Source: a virus. From it: 64,000 nucleotides of DNA. This document shows positions 8,703 to 18,555 of this stretch, in pieces. The stretch is taken from the IMG/VR virus record IMGVR_UViG_3300009149_000012, positions 32,001 through 96,000 of that record; one strand, given 5' to 3'. Positions within the stretch are counted from its first letter, which is position 1. The number at the start of each line of letters is the position of its first letter. A model generated the notes under the pieces. The model was not told the DNA's origin. It worked only from the letters and a program-made list of their open reading frames with translations, and ran no database searches. A program made the translations under genes and the position numbers.

Positions 8703-9125
8703 CTACTGCTCTTGCGCCGTGATCGAACTGACCGGGAAGGTGACCGTATCACCCGGGTCGACCGTCTTCGAGGCGGTGAGCGCACCGTAGTACAGCATGT
8801 TGCCGGCCGTGGCTGCGTCGAGAAGCGCCATGTGCGTGACGGTGCCCCAGGACAAGGTTGCCGTGGGGAAGGTCACTGCGCCACCCGAGTTGGTGGTCTG
8901 GCGGGGGGTACCAGCGGGGGCACCGAACAGACCTGTGGCTGCAACCCGTGCGTAGGCTGTGCCGACCGTGGTCACTTCCGCAACCTGGCTACCGGCGTTG
9001 CCGGGATCTGCCGTGAACAGGGCCACGTAGACCGCTGCCGGGCTGGTGGCGGTGAAGTTGGCGTTCTGGCAAAGCCAGAAGTCCAGGGTTCGTTCTTCAG
9101 CGTAGTACGTCTTGTTGTCGGCCAT
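8703..9125 (-). CDS. small tail/virion structural protein (paralog of 7186..7569)
   Basis: SPAAVYVALFT...DAATAGNMLYYGALTA; AAGGA SD. Confidence 0.75.
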   Translation of the reverse strand: MADNKTYYAEERTLDFWLCQNANFTATSPAAVYVALFTADPGNAGSQVAEVTTVGTAYARVAATGLFGAPAGTPRQTTNSGGAVTFPTATLSWGTVTHMALLDAATAGNMLYYGALTASKTVDPGDTVTFPVSSITAQEQ

Positions 9126-9705
9126 GAGTCAGTTCCTTGTTAGGAGGTTGGTCACCTGTAGATGCCTTATGAACAGAAAACCGATCATCCCACTCATCAA
9201 GAAACGCCGCCGCCGCCCGAAGCAGCGAAGCATCGTCTTTGGCATACCCAAGAACCAGGTTGCAATTTCGGTGGATCAACCCCCGCACACACTTGCCGCA
9301 AGACTTTTTCCCCGAACAGCACGTCCGGTCGTGATCCACACAAACGGAGAGAGGGTCCTTGCCCTCTTTGAGCATGGGCTTATGGCAAACAGCGCACAAA
9401 CCATCCTGAGCTTGCCAAAGGGCTTCGAAATCGACGTTGTACCTTCCTCGATACACGATGGCCTTGAACTGCTTGGGGTGTCGTAGCTGCCAATCCCGAG
9501 AAATCTGGGACGCACGGCCAGGATTCTTAGCTCGCCAAGCCGTTGTTCGTGCGTTGTACTTTTGAGGGTCGGCTGCTTGCCGAGCCGTGTTGTCTTTATT
9601 GGTGCAGACTTTACACTGGGCTCGGCGTTTGGTGGGATCGTTTCGTCGACACAGATGAAAGTCGTCTTCGTCTTTGTCTAGGCCACACTTGGTGCATCGC
9701 TTCAT
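9097..9705 (-). CDS. endonuclease VII-family (His-Me) homing endonuclease with N-terminal zinc ribbon
   Basis: KRCTKC...CKVC; QDGLCAVC...VDHD...VRGLIHRNCNLVLG..KDD. Confidence 0.85.
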   Translation of the reverse strand: MKRCTKCGLDKDEDDFHLCRRNDPTKRRAQCKVCTNKDNTARQAADPQKYNARTTAWRAKNPGRASQISRDWQLRHPKQFKAIVYRGRYNVDFEALWQAQDGLCAVCHKPMLKEGKDPLSVCVDHDRTCCSGKKSCGKCVRGLIHRNCNLVLGYAKDDASLLRAAAAFLDEWDDRFSVHKASTGDQPPNKELTHGRQQDVLR

Positions 9706-9711
9706 GGGATG

Positions 9712-9740
9712 AGTCTAGCACCCCGCTTCGCATATGACAA
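9712..9740 (-). promoter_or_regulatory. sigma70-like promoter TTGTCA-N17-TAGACT, leaderless
   Basis: 6 nt between the -10 and the ATG at 9705; no SD. Confidence 0.55.
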
Positions 9741-9744
9741 AGTT

Positions 9745-10008
9745 TTAGCCCATGTGGCATATCGATTTCAACGATTTAATTGCGTGGGCATATGGGAGGG
9801 CAGGCACTTTCCCGTTGTGGTTGAACCACGCTTTTTTCAACTCCGGGATGTTCGCAATGCTGTCGTCGAAGACGAACAACACCCGATTCTTGTGATCCCG
9901 TTCCGTCGTGGTCATCTGCACACCAGCCACCTGAAGGTAGGCGGCGAAGTACAAGTCGTTGGTTTTGAAACCCCCATTAGGGTCAGTGCTTACCATTTGG
10001 TTTCCCAT
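9745..10008 (-). CDS. DUF5659-like small protein
   Basis: FKTNDLYFAAYLQVAG...VLFVF motif. Confidence 0.65.
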   Translation of the reverse strand: MGNQMVSTDPNGGFKTNDLYFAAYLQVAGVQMTTTERDHKNRVLFVFDDSIANIPELKKAWFNHNGKVPALPYAHAIKSLKSICHMG

Positions 10009-10085
10009 CTTATCTCGCGCCCTCGAAAGGCGGTTTAGCTGTCACATCCCAATCCCGTTTACATCTCAGGCCAAGGGGCCTCCGG

Positions 10086-11213
10086 TCATACCAGAACGAA
10101 CGTGTTGCTCGCCAAGCTGGTGAACCGAACCTGAACAGAAGTCGTGGTTGCTGCAACGCCCGGGATGAGCGCTGCCGGAATCACGATGCTCGTTGCTGTG
10201 ATCGTGCCGCCCGCAGCGGTGATGATCTCGTGCGGAAGAACCTTGGGGCCCGAACCGGTGAACTTCACCTGGGTGGCGTAGATTTCCTCGTTGCCGAGTC
10301 CGACGCCCGTGATGGTGACGTCACCCGCTGCGGGAACGTTCACCTGGGCGTTCGTGATGTTGGGCACCGGAGCGACGAAAGCGGTAACGCCGTCGTCCTG
10401 AACCACTGAAAGGGCCGCACCACTCACCAGGGGCGGGTGACGACGGGGATCCGGGTTGTACGTTGCGCTCAAGCCTTCGGAGATCATGCCGACCTGGAAG
10501 CTCTTGGTTGCGACGTCGGTGTCAACGAACTTCGGAGCGATGGCGTTTGCAACGCCGGCCACGGTACCCCGGGTTGTCGGGATGTACAGAAGTGCGTTGG
10601 GTGCGGTGCCGGCGCCTGTGCCGCCAATCGTTGCTGGGCTCACGTCGAGGGGTCCACCAACCGGGAGACATGCCGTGATATATTCGGTCGCTGCGGGCAT
10701 CGTGCGAACCACACCGATAGCTGGCAAACCTCCCGGAGTGTTGAAGGTCGAGCCACCCGCAACGGTGTCCAACTCGAAGTAGGAGGCAACACCATACGTC
10801 GACGATTCGAGGTGCAGATGTTCCGCCGCAACGACAACGGAGCCGTAAGCGACAACGCCCGTGTTCGACAGCGCTGCGTTGACTGCGGCGACGAAGGTCG
10901 TCAGATCCGCATAGACGCCGGCTGCAACCAAAACGGTGGTGAAAGCCGCCGCCGCACTGGTCTTGAACTTGAGCGTCTGGTTACCAGCGTTGATGGTGAG
11001 AGGGAACGTGGCTGCGATGTCCACGCCCCGAAAACTGGCCCCGGCTCCCTCGGTCGAAGACGCGAGGACTGCCTCGATTTCGGCGACCGTTGGTCGGGAA
11101 ACGTAACGTTCCTGACCGGAAGGCTCGATGGCCGGATCATGTTTCGAAACGGGTTCAAGGTCGGCCAGAAAGATCGGGCCTGACAGGTCCCCACGAATGA
11201 CTCCGACGTGCAT
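10086..11213 (-). CDS. virion structural protein with a C-terminal IPT/TIG-like Ig domain
   Basis: Thr/Ala/Val/Gly rich; C-terminal PAAGDVTITG...SIVIPAALIPG shared with 11596..12198. Confidence 0.75.
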   Translation of the reverse strand: MHVGVIRGDLSGPIFLADLEPVSKHDPAIEPSGQERYVSRPTVAEIEAVLASSTEGAGASFRGVDIAATFPLTINAGNQTLKFKTSAAAAFTTVLVAAGVYADLTTFVAAVNAALSNTGVVAYGSVVVAAEHLHLESSTYGVASYFELDTVAGGSTFNTPGGLPAIGVVRTMPAATEYITACLPVGGPLDVSPATIGGTGAGTAPNALLYIPTTRGTVAGVANAIAPKFVDTDVATKSFQVGMISEGLSATYNPDPRRHPPLVSGAALSVVQDDGVTAFVAPVPNITNAQVNVPAAGDVTITGVGLGNEEIYATQVKFTGSGPKVLPHEIITAAGGTITATSIVIPAALIPGVAATTTSVQVRFTSLASNTFVLV

Positions 11214-11224
11214 GGTTTAACTCC

Positions 11225-11584
11225 CTATTCGTTGCGTGGAAGCCTGCCCCGTGCCTGGTCGATCTTGAGCAAGCGCAGAATGGCCCCATAATCCGTGTAG
11301 AATCCCGAAATCGCCTGAAGGAACGTCATGTCGTCGAACCTCCAAGCAAATTTGGCCTGGCGAACCCAGACCCGTAGGTTCCGCAAACTACGGAGATAGA
11401 ATTCCGCACGGTCGAGCGTCTTGAATTCCGATTCCGCAGCACTGATTTCTTTGTGCAGTCCTTCGATGGTCGTGAGCATTTGACGGCGATAGGGCTCCAC
11501 GAGAAGATTCGTGGGGCGCCACCGCCGATCAATTTGCTGGAATTGACCATCGGTCTTGTCCAAGAGGGAAGGAAGGACTGCCAC
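11225..11584 (-). CDS. hypothetical protein
   Basis: 119-aa helical ORF filling the gap between co-oriented genes. Confidence 0.6.
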   Translation of the reverse strand: MAVLPSLLDKTDGQFQQIDRRWRPTNLLVEPYRRQMLTTIEGLHKEISAAESEFKTLDRAEFYLRSLRNLRVWVRQAKFAWRFDDMTFLQAISGFYTDYGAILRLLKIDQARGRLPRNE

Positions 11585-11595
11585 ACGTTCAACCC

Positions 11596-12198
11596 TTAGA
11601 CCACCGCCACCGGGGTACCAGACGTTTGCGCATCGGCCTCGACCACAGCGAACGTCGTCGCCGCAGCGATACCGGGAATGAGCGCCGCAAGGATCACGAT
11701 GCTCGTGTCAGTAACCGTCCCACCGCCTGCGACGATCTGGGCTGCCGTGAGCGTCACGGCTCCTGTCCCCGTGAGAACTACCGAGGTGATCTCCGGTTGA
11801 ATGGACAGGAAGTCCGTTCCCGTGATTGTCAAGTCGCCAGCGGCCGGGGCGTTGAGCGTCGGGGCAGTGACGACCGGCGCAGTCAGGTCTCCAGGCGTAA
11901 ACGTCACGACCTGAACGAAACCAGTTTGCTGCCACTTGAAGATCTTGCCCTTGCCAGCGGACAATTCGACTCGCTGGGTCTCTCGCAAGTCGATGTACCC
12001 TGCGATGGTCGACGAGCCCGTCTTCCAGAAGGGCACGTACATGGGCTGCTTGGGGTCATTGGCGTACCCGTCGCGCTTGTAGGCCTTGGGGTCCGCAGTG
12101 CTCCCAAGGCGATGAGCCGACTTGTTGGGCATCCCATCATCGATGTCATCAATACGGATGGGACCCTGTGTGGTCTGATTGTGGATGAGACGGTACAT
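11596..12198 (-). CDS. virion structural protein (paralog of 10086..11213)
   Basis: ATG at 12198 with GAGGA SD; shared Ig-like C-terminus. Confidence 0.75.
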   Translation of the reverse strand: MYRLIHNQTTQGPIRIDDIDDGMPNKSAHRLGSTADPKAYKRDGYANDPKQPMYVPFWKTGSSTIAGYIDLRETQRVELSAGKGKIFKWQQTGFVQVVTFTPGDLTAPVVTAPTLNAPAAGDLTITGTDFLSIQPEITSVVLTGTGAVTLTAAQIVAGGGTVTDTSIVILAALIPGIAAATTFAVVEADAQTSGTPVAVV

Positions 12199-12267
12199 GT
12201 AGTCGTTCCTCGGGTCTGTAGGGATTCCCTTCGAACAGGGCAGAGCATAAAAAGAAACGTGCAAACC

Positions 12268-13128
12268 TCACAAGAGAATGGGGCTCGCAGAATCCTCGTA
12301 GCCCATTTCAATCAGTTCTTGGATCTCCTTTTGGCCGAAATCCAAGGAATTCGTCGGATATGGTCTTGAAGGCCAGACAAGGCGCACCTTCACGTGCTTG
12401 TACTTGCCGCCGAGCTTGGAAATCTGGTTCTTGAGTCCACACACCTGAAGATCGTTGCGAATGATCTCCATGGACATGAGATCCACCGCCCTCATCGCGT
12501 AGGGAAGCGTCGTTTTGCCTTTTGAGTCCCACTCGTCCGGCAGATCTGGATTTGAACAAACCACGACGTCGATTTCGTCGCAGCCTGCTTTAATGGCTTG
12601 CCCAAGAGGGGTCACGGTGCGCACGCCGCCATCGGTCCACATCTTACCATTGATCTCGATCGGCGTGAGGAAGACCGGGAAGCTGGCCGAAGCGTAAACC
12701 CAATCAACCACTTCGGGGTCATCTTCGGTCGCGACGCCAATTTCTCCGTCATCCCAGCACACGGCCAGAACACGCAAAAGCCGATCAGATTCTGCAATCA
12801 GCTTCGGGTCGATGTTTTTCTTGAGCCGGTCGTACAGGGGGGCCGAGTTGTACACGGAGGGCTTCCACAGAGCAGAGGCAAGGTACCACCCGAACCAATG
12901 CTTCCAGACGCCGTCGTTGCCAATCTCGTCCCAGAACCGGCGAAGCTCTAGGAACTTTTCTTTCAACTCGCCCCGCTTTGCTTCGGCGAGCTTGGCTGTG
13001 TCAATTGCACCGACCGAGACGCCGGCCATCAAATCGTAATCCTGGTCCTCTTCCATGATCCAGCGAAGCAAGACACCGATTTGATACGCGCCCTTCTTAC
13101 CGCCACCACTTAGAACTAAGCCTTTCAT
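12268..13128 (-). CDS. patatin-like phospholipase
   Basis: LVLSGGGKKG oxyanion loop, GVSVG nucleophile elbow, ASASFP and DGG motifs. Confidence 0.92.
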   Translation of the reverse strand: MKGLVLSGGGKKGAYQIGVLLRWIMEEDQDYDLMAGVSVGAIDTAKLAEAKRGELKEKFLELRRFWDEIGNDGVWKHWFGWYLASALWKPSVYNSAPLYDRLKKNIDPKLIAESDRLLRVLAVCWDDGEIGVATEDDPEVVDWVYASASFPVFLTPIEINGKMWTDGGVRTVTPLGQAIKAGCDEIDVVVCSNPDLPDEWDSKGKTTLPYAMRAVDLMSMEIIRNDLQVCGLKNQISKLGGKYKHVKVRLVWPSRPYPTNSLDFGQKEIQELIEMGYEDSASPILL

Positions 13129-14540
13129 CCTGCATCCTCGCTCACGCTCGTGCAGTAGAACGTGATGGTTAGACCTTCGCCCTCGGTGCAGACGTCATCC
13201 TCGGTGATGACGTGAAGCTGCATGCCCGCAGATGAATAAAGGTCCCGGGCCGTGGCGTAGTTGAACGGGATGGCCTGGACGTCGTTTTTCATACCACGGC
13301 TTTTCATCCTGAAAAGCTTGAGATCCGAGATCGCTTTTTCCTCAGCGCTCGCCCCAATTGCCTGAACAGGCGGCAGCGCTCCACGAGCTTCCGTGACGAT
13401 TTGACTCACCCGGTGGTACATATCCCGTTGCAAGTCGATTCGATCGCCGGAAGCATAAGGAGTCGGATTCCAATTCGAGTTTCGAAACGTGAAGTACATG
13501 GGCATTATCACAACCAACACGCACATCTCGTCCGAAGGCGCTGTCACATTCCAACCCGTCCCAGACCACTCGACAATTGTCCCATCCAGGCCTAGCCAAT
13601 CGCCCGTGCCCCCTGCGTTGACAAGATACCGATCTCCTGTCCCCGGAGAGGCGGGGGGATCCGAAAGCAGGTTGATGACAGGGGACACAGAGTTGGCTCC
13701 CTGCACATATTCAGGAGCAAAGGCGTCGACGAAGCCCATGACCACGTAGCCAAAGCTCGTGTTGAGCACGGCGTCCGCTGAGAAGTCGGCTTCCGCATCC
13801 TCGATCCGAAGCGTTCTGCCAGCGCTGGGCTCGATGACGAAAGAAGATCCGTTGGCATAGCTGTAGGAAGCCGTGACCGTGTGGCCTTCCTGGTTTTCGA
13901 AGAACACCACGTGACCGTTGTCATAGTCGATGTAGTAGTCACCATCTGCCGAAGTCCACTTGAAAATCGCGCACTGGGTTTTCTCGACACCATCGACCTT
14001 CACGACAATTTGATAGCCATGCTCAACGAGCGCTGCCCAATGCTCTTGGTTGTGCATCCGGCCGGAACGCAGATCGATCCAATTGATGCGGTCGGCCGGG
14101 GACTTCCACTTGAGCCCGCTCTCACCAAGGACCGCTTCCAACGACTCATCTGTGACCCGGGCCGACGACATGAACCACGTGGTCTGATCGCTGTAGTTGT
14201 GGCTTCCGATGACGATTTCACTACCGGTCCGGGGGCTCCCTGCCAAAAGAGAGGTGCCGTCGTCCTGCACCTTGTAAAGCTGAACGGTCTCACTGGGAAC
14301 GGGCTCGCCATTGTGTGCTGCGACAATGGCAGTCAGAGCCGTGATCTCCACCTCACCAAGCTCAACGTAGAATGAGATCCGAATGGTTGTGCCGTCAACC
14401 CCAACCGGAGACGTAGGAATCTGCTTGGTGGTGATGTCGACGGAGTTGTCAACCTCTGACCGAAGCCGATTACGATCCCACTTGCCGTACCGGGTCTGGG
14501 TCGCGATGTTGAAATCGTAGTCTTTCGAGGTCTTAGCCAT
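13125..14540 (-). CDS. tail-associated protein with a DUF2793-like insert
   Basis: PPASPGTGDRYLV..GGTGDW.G.DG.IVEW.G.GW motif. Confidence 0.7.
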   Translation of the reverse strand: MAKTSKDYDFNIATQTRYGKWDRNRLRSEVDNSVDITTKQIPTSPVGVDGTTIRISFYVELGEVEITALTAIVAAHNGEPVPSETVQLYKVQDDGTSLLAGSPRTGSEIVIGSHNYSDQTTWFMSSARVTDESLEAVLGESGLKWKSPADRINWIDLRSGRMHNQEHWAALVEHGYQIVVKVDGVEKTQCAIFKWTSADGDYYIDYDNGHVVFFENQEGHTVTASYSYANGSSFVIEPSAGRTLRIEDAEADFSADAVLNTSFGYVVMGFVDAFAPEYVQGANSVSPVINLLSDPPASPGTGDRYLVNAGGTGDWLGLDGTIVEWSGTGWNVTAPSDEMCVLVVIMPMYFTFRNSNWNPTPYASGDRIDLQRDMYHRVSQIVTEARGALPPVQAIGASAEEKAISDLKLFRMKSRGMKNDVQAIPFNYATARDLYSSAGMQLHVITEDDVCTEGEGLTITFYCTSVSEDAG

Positions 14541-14550
14541 CGTTCACGCC

Positions 14551-17500
14551 TCAACTAGGTGCCCAGGTCAAAGAGAAGTCTGTCATATTCGCCAGAAGAA
14601 CCACCGTGCCTGTCGTGGTCACTAGAGCTTGAATTCGGAACTTGTCCCCCACCGCAACCTGGAAGTTCTTGGTCAACTGGGTCGACGAATAGGCACCATC
14701 GGTACTGTTTCTCGTGTACATACTTCGGACGGTCTGAGTAGCGTAGACCCCAGCGTTCGGCTGGTAGTCTAGACGAATAGCTGAGGTTGAACGGCCGTTG
14801 CCCGCCGTTTGCTGTACCGTCGTGCCTGCCGAAACGCTCACATAACCCGCCTGAAGAATCGTGACTTCATCAATTCCATCCCACGAAAACGTCGCAGCAT
14901 GCGTGACGTTCGGGGTTGCGTTGAAGGTGACGTTGGTGGCTGTAGCTGTGAGCGTTTGGCTTGTCGCCTTGCTGACATCGAACATTTTGACGTCAGTGGT
15001 AGACACAGCCGCCAAAGAGACCGTTGCCTGCCCACTTCCGTCGTTCGTGACCGTGAAGTCTGGGGTCGCGAAGTTGAGAGCCGAGTGTGGGGTATCTGTG
15101 ACGTTGGTGCCGCCCGAGCGAATGATGAGGGTCGATCCCGAGCCAGTCGGACCCGTTGCCCCGTCGAGCTTGAGAACCGAGAAGGTAGCGTTGGTCGCCA
15201 TCGTCCCAGCGGTTGTCAACTGGTTCTGCACCTCAAGGTAGTCGTTGACTGCCAAAACTGTCTGAGTGCTGATCGAGATGATGTCCGACTCGTTGGTGTA
15301 TGTGATGCTTCCCTGATTTGAACCAGGAATAACCGTCGCACCATTTTTCAGAACTCGACCATCAAACTCGCCCGTGCTCGTTGGGGCGACTTCGAACTGA
15401 TACTTGACTTCGTATGTGCCAGCTTCTTTGACAGTGATCCGAGAAGGGTTGATCGACGTCTCATGTTCAACGATACCGGAATCCGTCTGGACGTCCGTGG
15501 TATCGAATGAAAGGGTCTGCCACGTCGTTGCCATCGTCAGAGTTGTCGTTCTACGAGCCTGGGTGACCGCAAGAGTTGATAGAGCGCCAGGGAGGTTGCT
15601 TACCTTGACCCGTCGCTTGGCAAAGCTCGCAGCCGAATCCTCAAGAATCAGAATGTCTTCGTTGGTGAGACTTGTTTTCTCTGTGAACGGAATCCAATCG
15701 TTGTTGCCACGCCCCAGACCTGCATGCGTGTGGTCAAGCCGGGGGGCTGAAGAGCTTGTGCCCGCAGCATTCGCCTGACCCACGGCTCCCGGGGTGCCGG
15801 TACCAATTCCGTGCTGGTGATCGCTTCGAGAGAAGCTAGAATTCGTCCCCTCTGCCGCCGTAGCGCCAACAAGAACCGCATCCGGAACCGCTGTGGACAG
15901 GGGATCACTATTGCCGGGAGCGTGCCTAGACGCATGGGCCGAGACGTTCACACCATCGACTGTGGCAACATTCCCGATGTCGTTGCCACCCATGTCGATA
16001 TCGCCTGACATGGCCCGTGTGCCATCAACCAAGAATGCCCAAGTGTGGTCGGTGGGCTTGTCAAGATTGGTCAGGGAACTATGGTCGCCGCTGCCACCAC
16101 CCCCGCCCCCGCCTGCTGTCGCCGCATTGGGGTCAGGTCGAATGTCGACAATTGTGTCGATCCCCACACCTTCCTCGACCACGATGAGTGCTGCGTAGCA
16201 CCCAGTGTCGCTCATGAACGTGGGGATGGTTGCCTTGTTTGCGGTGTCTTGAGCCAGCACTGACGTGGCAAACTCAGCGGTGCCATAAATAACCGAGAAC
16301 CGGCCATCGCTGGTCACGATGAGCGTGTCGGCTCGAAAGTACCCGCTGGTCATGTTGGTGAGTGTGCCCGAGCTATCGTACTGCGTGGTGGACAGGTCGG
16401 TTTGGCTTGTCACCTCAGTCGCACCATTCGAACCGTAAAAATAGCTGAACGTGACGTCTGTATCCCCAGTGACGTTGATTGTGTCGAGCCCTCGGTACCA
16501 AGCCCCTGTGGATACATCGAACTGGGTAGCTGTTGATCCCTCGACGACAGCCAAACCAGAGGTCCACGCGATCTTCCGGGTTTGAATCAGGTAGTTGTTG
16601 AGAAGATGTTGCTGATCGTGAACCAGGTTCCGGGTTTGATGTAGGAACCGGATGCTTGTCGCATCCGTGACCACCGTGGCTAGAAGGATCTGAAGAGTGC
16701 TTGGTGCTCCAGTCTGGGCAATGATCGCATCCGAAGCCGAGTCGTAGACGATGTAGTTGGTTGCGCTTGCTGTAAGGGCCACGTCCGTTTCAGCATCCCA
16801 CTCAACATTCCAACTGTCGTGATAAGGCGTATGCCTGGAGATCCAACCATCACCCGCTGCCACATCAACATTGAGACCTGTTGCGGCTGTAACCTCGCCA
16901 CCCCAGTTGAGCCCGGTGCTAGTTTGATCGTGGAAGAAGCTCTGAAAGTCGCAGACCTTTTGCGTAACAAATTGATAGCCAGCATTACCTGCGATGTAGG
17001 TGTAGGCTTCGCTGATGACCTGGATCAAACCAGACAAGACTGTTCCGGGTACGGCTTGGAAGCCAAGCGACCCTGATGAGGCTGACACCAGGAACACGCC
17101 TGTGGCCGAGTCGCTCTTGCCATTCAGGTAATTGCCAACCCAAACTCCTGCTTGAGCGACAATGGTCGTTCCTGTCCCGCTGGATCCGATGTAGGTGCCA
17201 ATGCCGCTATCACGCACCTCACAGGACATAACAGTGCAGCTAGAGCCACCGTCTGCGTATAGGACAGTGGCGTCATTGGTCTTGTAGGCAACGCTCGCCG
17301 TGGCCCCGACAATGGTGAAGCGGGCCGAGTCTGCCACTCGGAACACGGTCTGAACCGGGTTGGTAGCGTATGCCGGGAGAACAGCACTTGGAACTGAGAA
17401 GAATCCACCACTGATACCGAGATACGAACCAGATCCGGTGACCGTCAGACCTGTGGTCACTCCAATACCCACACCGTCGATGTTGATGGCTGGGTTGGTG

Positions 17501-18555
17501 CAGATACAAGATGCTCCATTGGAGACAACAAGTCCGTTTGAACAGCCTCTGTAGGCAACGCCGTGCAAAATCGTCAACGAAGATGCTGTGGCGCATCGAA
17601 CCAAACACTTGGTTGCGTCCGTCACCCCTTGTAGCTCAAGACCACCGAGGTAACTGCCACCTGTCATTGTGAACAGGTCTTCCGAGGCGTTGCTGGCGGT
17701 AACCAGAACAGTGTCTGTTCGGTCCGTAGAAGCAACCGCCATGATGCGGATGCCAGCGGGCACCGTCATGGGAGCTTCGGTGTAATTGCCTGGGTATACC
17801 GAGAGTACCCACGGAGTAGACGCGCTTGGAGAGCCGTTGGCTACGATCCAATCCAGGCCAGCTTTGATGCCATTGAAGTTGACATCGCCAGCCGTGCCCA
17901 CCGTTCGGTGCTGCGTGATGATCTGATCGTTGACCCCCATCGAACCCGAGTCAGATCCGTTGGCCTTGAACACATAGTTCTCAGACACACCATTCCCAAG
18001 AATCGAGGCGGTTGTCGAGAACGAAAGGTTGTGCTGGTGGTTTGCAAGAGCAACGCCGGTTCCGCTTCCAGGCTCATTGGACGTACTGACGTCAATTGGG
18101 CTGCCAGTCTCGATGTTGTGCTTGTGATCCTGCCGAGCCGCCGAGCCGCTTGTTCCGATCTGTGCTGCCGCTACCGTAACGTTGACCGGGTTGACCGTCG
18201 CCAGAGGCGTGTTCGTGGCCCCGGTCTCAACCCCTTCAATCTTCAAAGCCAACGCCGCTGGCATGTAGCCAGGGTTCGTCCCTGAAGCTGGCTTCTGAAG
18301 GTCGACCGTTGTCGCAACAGCTACCAGAAACTGAAGGCTCTCGGCCTGGTTCAAGTCGTCGATGCCGTCGTTCAGAACTACATCGCCACTCGTCACCAAA
18401 GCACGAAGTTGGACGTCGTTCTGGATCTCGAAGGTGTAACAGAAGTCCGAAAGAATCAGCGTCCCGCTTGCCGGGAGCACAGCACCAGCGCCGAGTTTGG
18501 TAAGGACGATGGGCGAAGCGGTCTGGTTGACCGCAATCATAGTTGGAGATCCCAT
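14551..18555 (-). CDS. large tail fibre/spike (beta-helix region, DHxH repeats, two C-terminal C1q/TNF-like domains)
   Basis: 1334 aa, T/S/G/A rich; VYPGNYTE beta-helix start; ARQDHKH, SRSDHQH, PRLDHTH; ITVKEAGTYEV and VTILQAGYVSV domains. Confidence 0.8.
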   Translation of the reverse strand: MGSPTMIAVNQTASPIVLTKLGAGAVLPASGTLILSDFCYTFEIQNDVQLRALVTSGDVVLNDGIDDLNQAESLQFLVAVATTVDLQKPASGTNPGYMPAALALKIEGVETGATNTPLATVNPVNVTVAAAQIGTSGSAARQDHKHNIETGSPIDVSTSNEPGSGTGVALANHQHNLSFSTTASILGNGVSENYVFKANGSDSGSMGVNDQIITQHRTVGTAGDVNFNGIKAGLDWIVANGSPSASTPWVLSVYPGNYTEAPMTVPAGIRIMAVASTDRTDTVLVTASNASEDLFTMTGGSYLGGLELQGVTDATKCLVRCATASSLTILHGVAYRGCSNGLVVSNGASCICTNPAINIDGVGIGVTTGLTVTGSGSYLGISGGFFSVPSAVLPAYATNPVQTVFRVADSARFTIVGATASVAYKTNDATVLYADGGSSCTVMSCEVRDSGIGTYIGSSGTGTTIVAQAGVWVGNYLNGKSDSATGVFLVSASSGSLGFQAVPGTVLSGLIQVISEAYTYIAGNAGYQFVTQKVCDFQSFFHDQTSTGLNWGGEVTAATGLNVDVAAGDGWISRHTPYHDSWNVEWDAETDVALTASATNYIVYDSASDAIIAQTGAPSTLQILLATVVTDATSIRFLHQTRNLVHDQQHLLNNYLIQTRKIAWTSGLAVVEGSTATQFDVSTGAWYRGLDTINVTGDTDVTFSYFYGSNGATEVTSQTDLSTTQYDSSGTLTNMTSGYFRADTLIVTSDGRFSVIYGTAEFATSVLAQDTANKATIPTFMSDTGCYAALIVVEEGVGIDTIVDIRPDPNAATAGGGGGGGSGDHSSLTNLDKPTDHTWAFLVDGTRAMSGDIDMGGNDIGNVATVDGVNVSAHASRHAPGNSDPLSTAVPDAVLVGATAAEGTNSSFSRSDHQHGIGTGTPGAVGQANAAGTSSSAPRLDHTHAGLGRGNNDWIPFTEKTSLTNEDILILEDSAASFAKRRVKVSNLPGALSTLAVTQARRTTTLTMATTWQTLSFDTTDVQTDSGIVEHETSINPSRITVKEAGTYEVKYQFEVAPTSTGEFDGRVLKNGATVIPGSNQGSITYTNESDIISISTQTVLAVNDYLEVQNQLTTAGTMATNATFSVLKLDGATGPTGSGSTLIIRSGGTNVTDTPHSALNFATPDFTVTNDGSGQATVSLAAVSTTDVKMFDVSKATSQTLTATATNVTFNATPNVTHAATFSWDGIDEVTILQAGYVSVSAGTTVQQTAGNGRSTSAIRLDYQPNAGVYATQTVRSMYTRNSTDGAYSSTQLTKNFQVAVGDKFRIQALVTTTGTVVLLANMTDFSLTWAPS

